From Haplodiscus bocki (Eukaryota), in the NCBI GenBank assembly GCA_965655095.1, contig OZ296648.1, positions 150,908,001 to 150,972,000 on the forward strand: DNA of 64,000 nt, in the 5' to 3' direction. The notes under the pieces were generated by a model. The model saw nothing but the letters and a program-made list of their open reading frames with translations. It ran no database searches and was not told where the DNA came from. The position numbers and the translations under genes were made by a program. Of the stretch, positions 13,676 to 26,700 are shown piece by piece (the first letter of the stretch is position 1; each line of letters opens with the position of its first letter).

Positions 13676-15623
13676 TATTTTTCGCCGCATATGTAATGTG
13701 CAAGATAAATTATTCATTCAGTAGGGTTGTTTTTCCTTTTTCAAAGACCAAAAACGCCAATTCTTTTTATTCAAAAACAAATGACAGCAGTAGATTTACA
13801 ACAACAAAGTTCTGAAGCGCTAGGTTCGGGATTCGAGTCACTGTCGTGCCAAATATTCTTACGATTTATCGCTTCCTTTTTTTTGATACCCTAAATTAGT
13901 CAAACACTAAAGGGTTCCCTCACGAAATTTTTCGGCACTGTGAGACAAAAATTTTCGACGGAAAATCTTTTTACTCCCCCCCCCCTTTCATCGCTAAAAT
14001 TTTTCCATACCCGAAATCAATGAAACACTAAAGGATTCTGCTATCAAATTTTTTGGGACTGTGAGACAAAAAATTTTTGACAAAAAGTTGTGATACCCCC
14101 TCCCTCCCCCCTCCCCTCTTATCCATAAACTTTTTCGCTACCGGATATTTTCTGAAACACAGTACAGACGGGTTCCTCTAAGAAATTTTTCGGCACTGTG
14201 AGACAAAAAGTTTTTGACAGAAAGTTGTGATACTCCCCCCCCCCCCCTTCATCCCTAAAATTTTTCCATACCCGAAATCAATGAAACACTGAAGGATTCT
14301 GCTATCAAATTTTTCGGAACCGTGAGACAAAAAATTTTTGACAGAAAGTTGTGATACCCCCTCCCCTCTTATCCATAAACTTTTTCGCTACCGGAAATTT
14401 TCTGAAACACAGTACAGACGGGTCCCTCTAAGAAATTTTTCGGCACTGTGAGACAAAAAATTTTTGACAGAAAGTTGTGATACTCCCCCCCTTTCATCCC
14501 TAAACTTTTTCCTATCCGAAATCAATGAAAAACTAAAGGATTCTGCTATCGAATTTTTCGGAACCGTGAGACAAAAACTTTTTGACAGAAAGTTGTGATA
14601 CCCCCTCCCCTCTTATCCATAAACTTTTTCGCTACCGGAAATTTTCTGAAACACAGTACAGACGGGTTCCTCTAAGAAATTTTTCGGCACTGTGAGACAA
14701 AGAATTTTTGACAGAAAGTTGTGATACCCCCCCTCTTTCATCCCTAAAATTTTTCCATATCCGAAATCAATGAAACACTAAAGGATTCTGCTATCAAATT
14801 TTTCGGAACTGTGAGACAAAAAATTTTTGATAGAAGGTTAAGATACCCCCTCCCTCCCCCCTCCCCTCTTATCCATAAACTTTTTCGCTACCGGAAATTT
14901 TCTGAAACACAGTACAGACGAGTTCCTCTAAGAAATTTTTCGGCACTGTGAGACAAAAAATTTTTAACAGAAAGTTGTGATACTCCCTCCCTCCCCCCTC
15001 CCCTCTTATCGATAATTTTTTTCCATACCAGAAATTTTATGAAACACAGAAGGGTTCCCCTACGAAGTTTTTCGGTAATGTGGGACAACAAATTTTCTAT
15101 TGAAAATTCCCCTCTTAGGCATAAAACTTTTCGATACCCGAAACTTTCTGAAACACAGAAGGGTTCCTCTACGAAATGATTCGGTACTGTGAGACAAAAC
15201 AATTTTGACGGAAAATCGCGATTCCCGTCCCCTCTCTTATCCCTAACATTTTTTTATACCAGAAATTTTCTGAAACACAGAAGGGTTCCTCGACGAAATT
15301 TTTCGCTACTGTGAGACAAAACAATTTTGACGGAAATTTGCGATTCCCGTCCCCTCTCTTATTCCTAATATTTTTCGATACCAGAAATTTTCTGAAACAC
15401 AGAAGGGTTCCTCAACGAAATTTTTCGGCACTGTGAGACAAAAATTTTTCAACGGATAATCGTGATACCCTTTTGCATAAAGTACAGAAGTCAGTGGTGG
15501 AATTGATGTTTGTAAAAACTCTTTGAAAACTAACAGTAGTTTTGTTTTTAACCGTTTGCAAAAGTTGATCAAAATTTTTGTAGTTGGGCGAAAGATATGC
15601 CGGTGCTAGCCGGCCGTCTTATT
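13676..15623 (-). mobile_element. Non-autonomous Helentron/DINE-1-like element with central satellite array
   Basis: Subterminal inverted repeats tatttttcgcc (13676) / ggcgaaagata (15587), terminal hairpin gccgg-tgctag-ccggc (15599-15614), T-rich flanks, no TSD. Confidence 0.65.
13870..15470 (-). repeat. ~116-125-bp satellite (same family as the 23.8-36.2 kb array), alternating two-monomer units
   Basis: cggcactgtgagacaaaa core repeated; A/B dimers at ~14010, 14271, 14514 and 14761. Confidence 0.95.
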
Positions 15624-18600
15624 AAGTCTTTTTCCAGAATGAGTTTTTGATAATTGAAGTCTTAAAATCTATGATGAAATTTGAGTTTAAGCCGAGTAAC
15701 ACTTTCTTTTTTGTAGATCAAATTGATCAAAGATAAACATTTTGAAAGCAGATTCATGGCTTTCAATTCTCCAATGTTATCTGAGAACAAATAAGGATAT
15801 GGCAATTCTGGATCAGGCTCGACAGGGAGCCAAAAGAATTACAAAGTGAGCCGTAATATCAGCGCTAGAAATATTATCATTTCTTCATTTCACAACGGAT
15901 TATTTTAGGGCAACGAAGATGAATCATCAAATTGAGCAGTAGTTCAACCGGTGAGAGGGTTTTCAGATAGTGTTTCGCAAAATAAAAACGATCAATAATT
16001 TGTGCTGAGATAAAATTTAGTTCATTACACATACAATTTTTTGTCGCAAGACCGGTGTAATTTGTCTGAGAAATATCTGATTCGCAGTGGTCTAAAACTT
16101 TCCTCATTTGTTTTCGGGATGCTCAAGTTCAAATTTGAAGGAGCAAGAACAGAATCGAGGAGAAAAATAAGACTGGTGAGAAATTCTTCGAAAATGAGCA
16201 TGGGTCATTCAGGAGAAGTTTTTCGTAGTATAATGAATCTTTATTTCTCTGCGAACGTTTTATATGCAGATTTGAAATGACAAGTGATTGAAAAAATGGG
16301 GAATTAAATTTGCAATTTTGAAACACAAGAGTTTGTTTGAGTGTGTTCCAAAAAACACTGGTAGACAAAGTTTTTGATCATTCTGAAGATCAACAACTGT
16401 GAACGGTGCAAATTAAATAGCAAAATCATTTGTTTCTCGTAATTTGGAAGCAAGTTTCCAAAGTTTTTAAAGGGAGTAATAGACGAGAAGCATGCGAAGC
16501 GCAATTAACAATATTTTTTTTTTGTTGGAAATCGAAAACAATAATCTGTTAGAATCATCTGGAAAGATACAAATCGAGGTTCAAAATGGACTGGTCCAGT
16601 TGACTTTGCGGTGGCACAAGAATCATCATGGTGGAGATAGGGTTCTGCAAGAAGTTTTGCATTGAGGAGCATGATTTTGTTCTAAGAAAAGTAGGATCTT
16701 CCGAAAAAAAGAACATTTTCTTTTTGGCATTTGCAACAGATCATGATCAGGTGTTCTTGATTTTTGCATGTATGCCCGATACTTTGGAACAATTGGTTTA
16801 TCGAACGATGGATGAAGACGGGAAATCATTTTGCCATCCAATATTTTCACAACGAGGATTTTGAATTCCGTAGAAAACAATCATCGATTTTAGGCACTTG
16901 ACTTTCGCAGTTGAGTTTGTCATCATACGAATTTTGAATTGTTTCAGCGTAATGATTTTGAATTGTGAATTCTGGCACCTGGAATTGAAATTTGTATAGT
17001 GGAGCTATAAATGCTAACTGTTGTTTTTCCGCGGAAAAAGAAGAGATCGGAAATTTGACTTAAGAGTGGAAACTGAAGTTGTAAAGGGAAACACCCGACC
17101 ATATTGACTCTGTTGAATTGTGGGAGATGCGATATTTGAGTGTGGAGGTTGTACTACTGATTTATTTTACAAAATAAGAAAGTACTATATTTGAAATTTT
17201 GTCCAAAAATCGGATTAAAACAGCGTCACGATGGGGTATTACAAACTGATGCAAGCAGTTATAAGTTTAGCACTATGCATAAGAAATTGAGTGAAATCAT
17301 TACAGCAACACAGTAAAACCTGCAACATATAAAGAGTTACTGCGCTTTTTATGAGAGTATATCCAGGTAATTTTGGGTTTCGAACAGAAATTGTGAAAAA
17401 TTAGGCATTGTTGAGTTGACAGATAATATGTGAAGTTTCAAGTTCTTCTTATGACATAGTTTTAGGAACGTCACTAATAACAGATTCAATTGTCATTCTC
17501 ACGTGGGCAATAGAAGCTACAGCACCAAACCCATTGGAATAATTAAGTTTGGGAAACATCTTTTGTTCTATTCTTCTGTAAGGAGAAGACATGATAATGA
17601 TTTTGCAATGTTTTAGTTTCTTCTTCAGGTAATTCAAATGGATTTCTTATTCTAGTTTGCATGTTAAAACTGTCATTAATTGTGAAGAGGTCAGTGTCGT
17701 GAGTAGAAATTAGTGGTGTGGAAGTTTTGTTGAAAGTCTGGAAAGTTTTGAATTTCTCTCCTGAAAATAAGCTATTCAGTTCAGACGGTATGTATGGAAT
17801 TTCAGAAGCATTTGGTGTCTTCTTAAATTATCCAGGAAGATTTCTAGTGAAATTATTGAAACTTTTAGTTTTAAATCAAAATCGTTTTGATTATTTTGAC
17901 AAGTTTCCAACAAAATCATAATTGGATGTGTGAGTGTGGGTCCACACAAATCATCACTTTGCAAAGACGGAAGGGCTTGACATTCTGTTGTCAAGTTGTC
18001 TTTTTCATCATCATATTCAGAAAAAAAATCTTCCTGAAATGGTGACCAGCTGCTTCTGACACAAAATACTGTTTGTCTGCGGGAAACAGGATTTCACTGT
18101 TGCTGGATTAATTATTCTTTCTAACTTTCTGTTCTACAGACGAAAAAAAAAACGAAAGGAAAAAAATAGAATGCGTTGCAATGCATGAGAAATGTTTTTC
18201 CCCAAGACATTTTCGAACGAATGATAGTTGATCAAAAAACCCGGAAGCAGCAATGATTGAAAAAGTAATCCTTTCCAGAACATCGGATCCTATCTGAGGT
18301 CCAATAAATTGCAACATTAAACAAAAAGTGCAGTCACACTACGATATTTTCTGTCAAAAGGATGTATAAGGGATTGATCGATGATAGGACAAAGTGTTTT
18401 CGACTCAGAACTTGTCCAAACAAACGAAACCTCTATTCTCTCGCATGATTCCTTACTTTGTAACTTTCGACAATGATTAGTTCTTGATAAAAAATTATTT
18501 GCACTTGCGCCAGCAGTGCTTTGCCGCAGTAGTCTTCTATTAAAATTGAGTTTGCAAATCGAGAAAAAAAAACAGAAACACTTGCATTTTTCGGAGTTTT

Positions 18601-21600
18601 CGGCCTATCATGAAAAATCAGGTGATTGGGTAAAACTCAAGCAAATTGAAACCGATGGCTTTTCTACAGATAACAATCTAACATTTAATTCCTCGATAGA
18701 GAAAGAGAAGTAATTATTTCTGGAAAAATTAGAAGTTGAACTGAAACTGAAATCAAATTTATTCTAATTTTTAGTTTTTGTAGACTATAGGGCTTACGAG
18801 TCAAAAGCATTATTTCATCATTTTATATCGAATTGTCCAGGCTAAGTACAGAAGTGTTGCTTGAATCATTGACACAAGAACTCAAGTTCCTGGCTTTTAA
18901 TTTGGTGTTTTCTTCCGGTGCCGAAGTCGAAGCACGAAAGATTAGACACACTTGGGAACCAGAGCTAGGTTCTCTGCAAAATTTTCTCAAAACACAAAGA
19001 AACTCTGCTACCAATTTTCAGATGAAATGTCAGTGCTTCACGAGTTTGGTATAAATCTATTCTCTTAACATGTATTCAAGAGTTCGACTTTATTTTTATT
19101 CGAAGAAGACCCTTCAGAAAAATGTCTGACTGCAACTGAAACGTACTTTGCAATACAAAAAGAGTGCTTTCGTTTTTGCAAGGCCAAATATTTATCAAAT
19201 TTAGTAATTTATCCAGGATTTAGGACTAGATTTTCACAAGACTTTCAAATAACCCAACAATTTGTTCCCTTAAGAAACCAATGAGAACGTTTGACCCGAA
19301 AAAATTTGTAAAAATGAGGAGAACTTCTTGTTGCGAAATTCAACAACACTAGTTAGGTTTTTTAGTCTACTGTCTCAGGATTATGAAAAAGTGAGAAAAA
19401 GTGCATAATAGCAAAAACAGCCCAAATATTAAGTTCTATAGCTGCTAAACATAAGAAATGCTTTTTTGACTTCAACCACTTGTCAATAGACAAAGTACTG
19501 AAGTCAACTTAACACGTCAACGGAATTTCTGGGCCTTTTCCAGGCTCATCTTTTATCAAACAAAACCAAAATTAGGATGAATCATCACAAGTGCTCAGAA
19601 GATGTCGATTTTTAAGTTTATTTCATCTAAAAAATCTACTGAAAAGTTCTGTATTCGGTGATCAGAGCCAAACGGTAAAAGTCAATCAACATTGTTCCTA
19701 CAATATTTTCTGCAAAATCTAGACCCTTAGTTTTTTTCCCATTTTATAGGTTTTCAATTTGACGATAAAGAGTTCAAAAAAACTAATTTTTAATGTTTTT
19801 TTTGCACAAAAAGCATATCGCGAAAAATTGACAAGGCAAGCAAAAACTACCATCTCCGAATTGCTGGTGACTTTTCGAATCCCTAAAAACTCCGAGGAAG
19901 TCAAAGACTTAGGTGCCAAGACAAAGATTTTAAAATGACAAAAAGAATGCACACCGCAGTAAGCTCGACCTTCAGGAGCTTATCGCAAAGAAACCCAAAA
20001 AAAAATAACTATTGGCCACCGAAGTTTTGCAGAGTTTTAGTTTGTAACTCTTCCGTTGCCATGGCAAGCTAAAGTTGTTTTGGACTTACGTCTAGAACAA
20101 TGGGCTATATTTCAGAGAAAAATTTTCAAAAGTCTCGTTTTTCAAGATCTGTTCGCAAAAATCCTATCGATAAACTTCAAGTTCGTCGGAGCAACTAATT
20201 TTAAATATCTGATAGATTTGAGATTTCTGGTTATGTTTGTTCAAATTTGTAAGAACTTTGAGTGCGAGGCATCAAAAGAAAGTATTTGAAACTCACAGAA
20301 TTCCTCGATGAAGCTAAAAGAGTTGGAGTTCCTAGTTTCGTTCGCTGAAAAACATATTGAAAAAATGCATGACCGCAACTAAAGTGTAAGATGTAATAAA
20401 AAGTGTGCTATTGTAATATTTGACCAAAACGGAGGGGGTTTGGAACCCTACATGCCAAAATAAACAACCTATATTATGACAATTATCGTCAGCGTGAATG
20501 ATTTTTGCCAGATTTTCATATCTCTATCACAGCAGTATATTCCAAAAAACTGTCGAACTACAAGCAAAGTTTTCGTGTGATAAAAGAGATTCTTCTGTTT
20601 GAAGCTATACAAATCTCAAGCAATTTGGAGCCCCAAAAGTGGTGATAAACGACCGATGTTATGACAACTTTGGCAAATTATCCAAATAAAACTCATTTTC
20701 AAACTTTTTTCACAAAAATATCCCTAGAAAAATCACCTAACTGCCCCAAAAAAACAAATTTTGAGGAAGGAGTTTTCAGCGGGTTTGTCTGAACCTCGTT
20801 CTATTTGTCCAGTCCTGACAAACATTTTGACGACAAATTGTTTTTGATGCCTTTCATAATTTTATATCGACAATCACATTTTCTGAGTTTGATTGAAAAC
20901 TTTTAGGCAGGGTTGATACAATTGCATTCTACATGTCAAGAGGAAGATTTCGAGGAAACAAAGCGTTTGTCTTCAATCAATTCGAGACTTTTCTGATTTA
21001 TTTATGTAGTTTCTAAAAGACTGTTGTTTTTATGGTCTCTCATTAACCCTGATTGTTGAAAAATATCTCAACTCACGAAAAATCTCTGTTTCGGAAAGAA
21101 AGGACATGCATCTATAATCAGCGTTTTAGTTACAGCTTTGGTAATTTGAGATTTCCAGCGGTAATTAGTAAAAATTTTGAAACATGATTTCGTTTTTTGT
21201 TTGATTTCTGGGAATGGTGCCTAGCTGCAAAGGAATGTCAGGCGTAGAATATTATATTCATCTTGTCTGATATATAGACTGAATGAAGATTCACAAACAA
21301 CCTATTTTTTCCGTTGTTTGGACTTGTGATTTCATGTAAGGTATATGTGGTGAAAGACTGCAAATAAGAGGTCGGATGATTATCCATACAAGAATAAGGG
21401 TGCTTCTCAGCGTCTATTCAGCAGAAGAAAAGAGTGTCTGACGTTTCATGTTTGCATTGTATCAAGGCTATCGTAAATGTGAGACTTTGACAAGAGGGAC
21501 CGCCACAAGAGGTTTTTTTGTTGTTTTTGGACGGATAATTTGTATGTTTTTCGAATAACAAAAACGGCGTTGAATGGAAACGAAACATGAAATTTGACTT

Positions 21601-23606
21601 TGAAAATCCCTCTTTTACTAATCTTACCATTAGAGAATTAATTTCATAGTCGCAAAAAAGTGAAAAGAGAGTGGCAAGTATCTTTTTGAGGAAAGTTAAT
21701 AGTTTATTTTCTGGGAGGTTTTTTTCGGGAAAAATTTGATGTTTTCCTTTAATAATGCAAATTCAAATGGAAGTGGTGAGTGTTCATGAATTATTTAACT
21801 AGCTTGAATTTGGTAAAATGGCTAACAAAAGCATCAGATCTGATGAAATGGCGTTATCATTGGTCAATGTGTAAACAATGCCAAATTACACCCTGTAGAT
21901 AGTACTGTAAATTTTCTCCGTGGCTCGAATTTTGCAAGAATTGTGGATTTTTAGGTCGTTTCGTTTCGGGATTAGTACGCAGACAACACCGACGCAGGAA
22001 GCATCATCAAAAGCCAAGTATAGATTTCTGTCAAAGTAAGAGAGTAGAGGTTTGATCATAAAAATTGGAGGTCAATGTCCAGTGAAACTTAGCATCGTCA
22101 TTTCAAGAGTCGTTGAAGGGATTCAATTCAACATGCAGTGTTTGAAAAAGATATACAAAAAACAATACGTGAGCCAACAGCTTGCCATGGCTTCATTATG
22201 CTTGTAGCAGTAGGACTATTACGACATGAAGTGAAAATCGGAAAAATGAGTCCTTTACCTTTTTCCAATGTATTGACAAAAGTAATTTACAGCAAATAAA
22301 ACGTAGACAGATTTGTCAGTGTTTTAGAAACTTAATCGAGCTGTTCTTTAGGAGTTACCATATGTTTCTTGGAAGATGGCGTAATTAATTTGTCCTTTTT
22401 ACAGACTAGCGCAAGTTTCTCATCTGCAAGAAGGAAATAAGCACTTGTTTTGTGAAAATACTGGGGTGCCTCTGCGGTCCACTCTATCTTCATACAAACG
22501 TCAACAGCTTATCTGCACAAGAGACACTAGTTATTTCAGCAGTATGTTCATCCACAGGTGCACAGTTGCATGAGTGTATGCATACATGACATCAATTGCG
22601 GGTTTGTATCATTTATTAGCTCTTGCAAACTGAATTTTATGTGGTTCCAGAAGCCAGGATTCAATTGATTGAGCAGTGGTAGGAACCTAAAGTCTTCCAA
22701 CTAAAACATTTATGATGAGCCTATATATCCCGGATTGTAACCAAGGGATTGAAAAATGTTGTTCCGTACCAACTTTTTCAAACCCTTGTTGATAAAATTT
22801 CAAAACTTACAGGTTTTGAATCGCACATAGTAGTCCACTTAAGTTTTCACAGTAAAAGATAAATGCTTTATTTGATAGTTGGGTTTGGAGTTTTGTCTTA
22901 CGTCTCAATTGGAGAGGTGATAAAGTGGATTTTTCCACCATCTTCCGGATGAGTAGCATACTTTTGTCTACCTTCATTTAATATTCAACATATTTCGACT
23001 TTTTCAATTTTACAGAAGGCAAAAACTGAACAATTAGAAAAGTATTCAAAAATGGATTCGCTTTTCACTAAAATAATTCTATTAAATTTTTGGAAAGGAG
23101 ACAATTTTTAAGAGTGGTACATTTTCAGTTTTTGGTTGTGGAAGAGTATCGAGAAAACCAAAACTTTTCAGTTCACTCGAAGTCCCCGACTGATTCGCAT
23201 CTTCACTAGAAGGATTAACTACCTTAGGTTTTGTGCTTTCCGTGTGACATCAATCAACTAGATTGTGAATTAAGATATTTACAACATTACTTCGATATTG
23301 GGACTGTTTTTGAGTTGCAATAGGTTTTTAAATCTTTTCAATCCATTTGGTATTGTTACTAGGTAAAATATTCTTTTTCTGCTAAAACTCTTCCTGGATT
23401 GGATTGTTTTTGTTGAGGATTTTTCGTAATGCTGATGAGTTATCTTCCTTCAGCGAAGTGTTTGACGTGTATCAAGGAAACATGTGTCAACTGTCTCAGT
23501 GACGTTGACTTGTTACCTGGTCTCCATCAAAAAAAAAATTTAATGTTCTCAAGAGGGATTTTGATGAGGGCAAGTTTCTTTTACGTCAAATTGTCATCTA
23601 AATGAA

Positions 23607-23770
23607 AACAAGACGGCCGGCTAGCATCGGCATATTTTTCGCCCAACTACAAAGATTTTGATCAACTTTTGAAACCGATAAAAACAAAACTACTGTTTTG
23701 AATTTAGCCTTCACAAAGTTCTTACAAACAACATGTCCAGCGCTGATCTGTGTGATTTATGCAACAGGGT
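23607..23770 (+). mobile_element. Helentron-like terminus (hairpin plus subTIR) heading the large satellite array
   Basis: aacaagacggccggctagcatcggcatatttttcgcccaactac... is an inverted homologue of 15470-15623. Confidence 0.75.
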
Positions 23771-26700
23771 ATCACAATTTTCCGTCAAAATTGTTTTGTC
23801 TCACAGAACGGCATCATTTCGTAGAGGAACCCTTCTGTGTTTCAGAAAGTTTAAGGTATCGAAAAACTTTATGCCTAAGAGGGGAATAACACGATTTTCT
23901 ATAGAAAATTTGTTGTCTCACAGTACCGAAACACTTCGTGAGGAAACTCTTCTGTGTTTTACAAAAATTCTGGTATCGAAAAAGTTATGCATAAGATGTG
24001 AAAATCACGATTTTCAGTCAAAATTTTTTTGTCTCACAGTGCCGAGAAACTTTGTAGGGGAAGATTTTAGTGTGTGAATAAGTCCGAGTATCGAAAAGAT
24101 TTTTGCTTAATAGGGTTATGTCACGATTTTCTGTCAAAGTTTTTTTGTCTCACAGTGCCGAAAGTTTTCGTAGGTGGAACACTTTATTGTGTCAATAATT
24201 TCGGGTATCGAAAAAACTTACGCCTAAGAGAGTTGTGTCACGAGTTTCTGTCAAAATTTTTTTGTCTCACAGTGCCGAAAAATTTCGTAAGGGGACCCTT
24301 TAGTGTGTTACTAATTTCGGGTATCAAAAAATTTTACGCTCAAGTTAGTTGTGTCACGAGTTTTGTCAAAGTTTTTCTGTCTCACAGTGCCGAAAACTTT
24401 CGTGGAGGAAACCTTCTGTGTTTCAGAAAGTTTCGGGTATCGAAAAAAATTATGCCTAAGAGGGGAATACCACGATGTTCTATAGAAAAATTGTTGTTTC
24501 ACAGTGCCGAAAAAGTTCGTTGGGGAACCCTTTAGTGTTTCTTTAGTTTCGGGTATCCAAAATAATTAAGGATAAGAGAGGGGGGAATCAGGTTTTCCGT
24601 CGAAATTGTTTTGTCTCACGGTACCGAATGATTTCGTAGAGGAACCCTGTTGTGATTCAGATAGTTGCCGGTATCGAAAAACTAAAAGGGGAATATCACG
24701 ATTAAAAAAAGAAACTTTTTGGTCTCGGAGTATCAAAAACTTCGTAGAGAAACCCTTCTGTGTTTCAGAAACTTTCGGTTATCGAAAACTTTTTTGCCTA
24801 AGAGGGGATTTTTACACTTTTTAAAAAAAATTGGTGTCTCCACACACCGAAAAACTTCGAAGGGAAACCTATCTGTGTTTCACAAAATTTCTGGCCTCGA
24901 AAAAGTTTTATGCATAAGAAGGGGGAATGAGTATCACGTTTTTCTGTCAAGAATTTTTTGTCTCACAGTGCCGAAAGTTTTCGTAGGTGGAACACTTTAT
25001 TGTGTCAATAATTTCGGGTATCGAAAAAACTTACGCCTAAGAGAGTTGTGTCACGAATTTCTGTCAAAATTTTTTTGTCTCACAGTGCCGAAATTTTTCG
25101 AAGGTGAACCATTTGGTTTTTCAATAAATTTGGGTTTCGAAAACTTTTATGCTTAAGAGTGTTATGTCACATTTTTCAGCCAATTTTTTGTCTCACAGTG
25201 CCGAAAAATTTCGTAGGGGGACCCTTTAGTGTGTTACTAATTTCGGGTATCAAAAAATTTTACGCTCAAGTTAGTTGTGTCACGAGTTTTGTGAAAATTT
25301 TTCTGTCTCACAGTGCCGAAAACTTTCGTGGAGGAAACCTTCTGTGTTTCAGAAAGTTTCGGGTATCGAAAAAATTTATGCCTAAGAGGGGAGTACCACG
25401 ATGTTCTATAGAAAAATTGTTGTTTCACAGTGCCGAAAAAGTTCGTTGGGGAACCTTTCTGTGTTTCACAAAATTTCTGGCATCGAAAAAGTTTAATGCA
25501 TAAGAGGGGGAATGAGTATCACGTTTTTATGTCAAAAAAATTTTGTCTCACAATGCCAAATTTTTTCGTAGGAGAACACTTTATTGTGTCACTTGTTTCA
25601 GGTATCGGAAAATGTTTGGGGCAAAAGGGGGGAATAGAGATTTCCCGTCAACTTTGTTTTGTGTCATAGTTTCCAAACATTTCGTAAGGGAACACTTTGT
25701 GTCACTAATTTCCGGTATTGACATTATTTACGATCAAGAGCGTTTTGTCACAATTTCCGGTGGAAATTTTTTTGTCCCGCAGTACCGCAAAACTACACAG
25801 GGGAACTCATCTGTGTTCCTCAACTTTTCTGGTATCTAAAAAAGTTAGGGAACAAGAGAGGGGGCGGGTATCACGAGTTACCGTCGATATTGCTTTGTCT
25901 CAATTCGTAGATGGAAGCATTTCCTAGAGGCACCCTTCTGTGTTTCAGATAGTTTTTGGTTATCGAAAAACTTTCTGCCTAAGAGGAGAATATCACGCTT
26001 TCCTAAAGAAAATTTGTTGTCCCACAGTGTCCAAAAACTTCCTAGGGAACCCATATATATTTCAGAAAAATTCTGGTATCGAAATTAATTCATGGATAAG
26101 ACGGGGGCGGGGGAGGGAGTATCAAGATATTCTGTCAAATTTTTTTGTCTCACAGTGTAGAAGAAATTCATACGAGAAACTTTCAGTGTGTCACGAATTC
26201 CGGGTATCGGAAATGTTCATGCTCTAGAGGGTTATGTCTCGACTTTCTATCAAATCTTTTTTGGTCCCAACTTGCCGAAAAATTTCGTAGCGGAACCCCT
26301 TAGTGTATCACTTATTTCGAATATTGAAAAAATTTCTGCTTAGGAGAATTGTGTCGCGATCTTCTGTCAAAATTTTGTTTTGTTTCACAGTGTCTAAAAG
26401 TTTCGTAGCGGAAAAGTTTCTGTGTTTCAGAAAAATACAGGTATCGAAAAAATTTGTGCCGATGAGGGGAATAACACGATTTTCTATAGAAAATTTGTTG
26501 TCTCACAGTACCGAAACACTTCGTGAGGAAACTCTTCTGTGTTTTACAAAATTTCTGGTATCGAAAAAGTTATGCATAAGATGTGAAAATCACGATTTTC
26601 AGTCAAAATTTTTTTGTCTCACAGTGCCGAGAAACTTTGTAGGGGAAGATTTTAGTGTGTGAATAAGTCCGAGTATCGAAAAGATTTTAGCTTAATAGGG

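Noticed and set aside
20775-20990. Two weak ~130-bp-spaced units of a possible second satellite
   Set aside because: Too degenerate and short to call from this window.
21800-22650. Faint resemblance to herpesvirus terminase motifs (LYLAFDDAS..GVV; SSDLMLLLA)
   Set aside because: Motif spacing is far too short and no Walker A/B was found; not supportable by eye.
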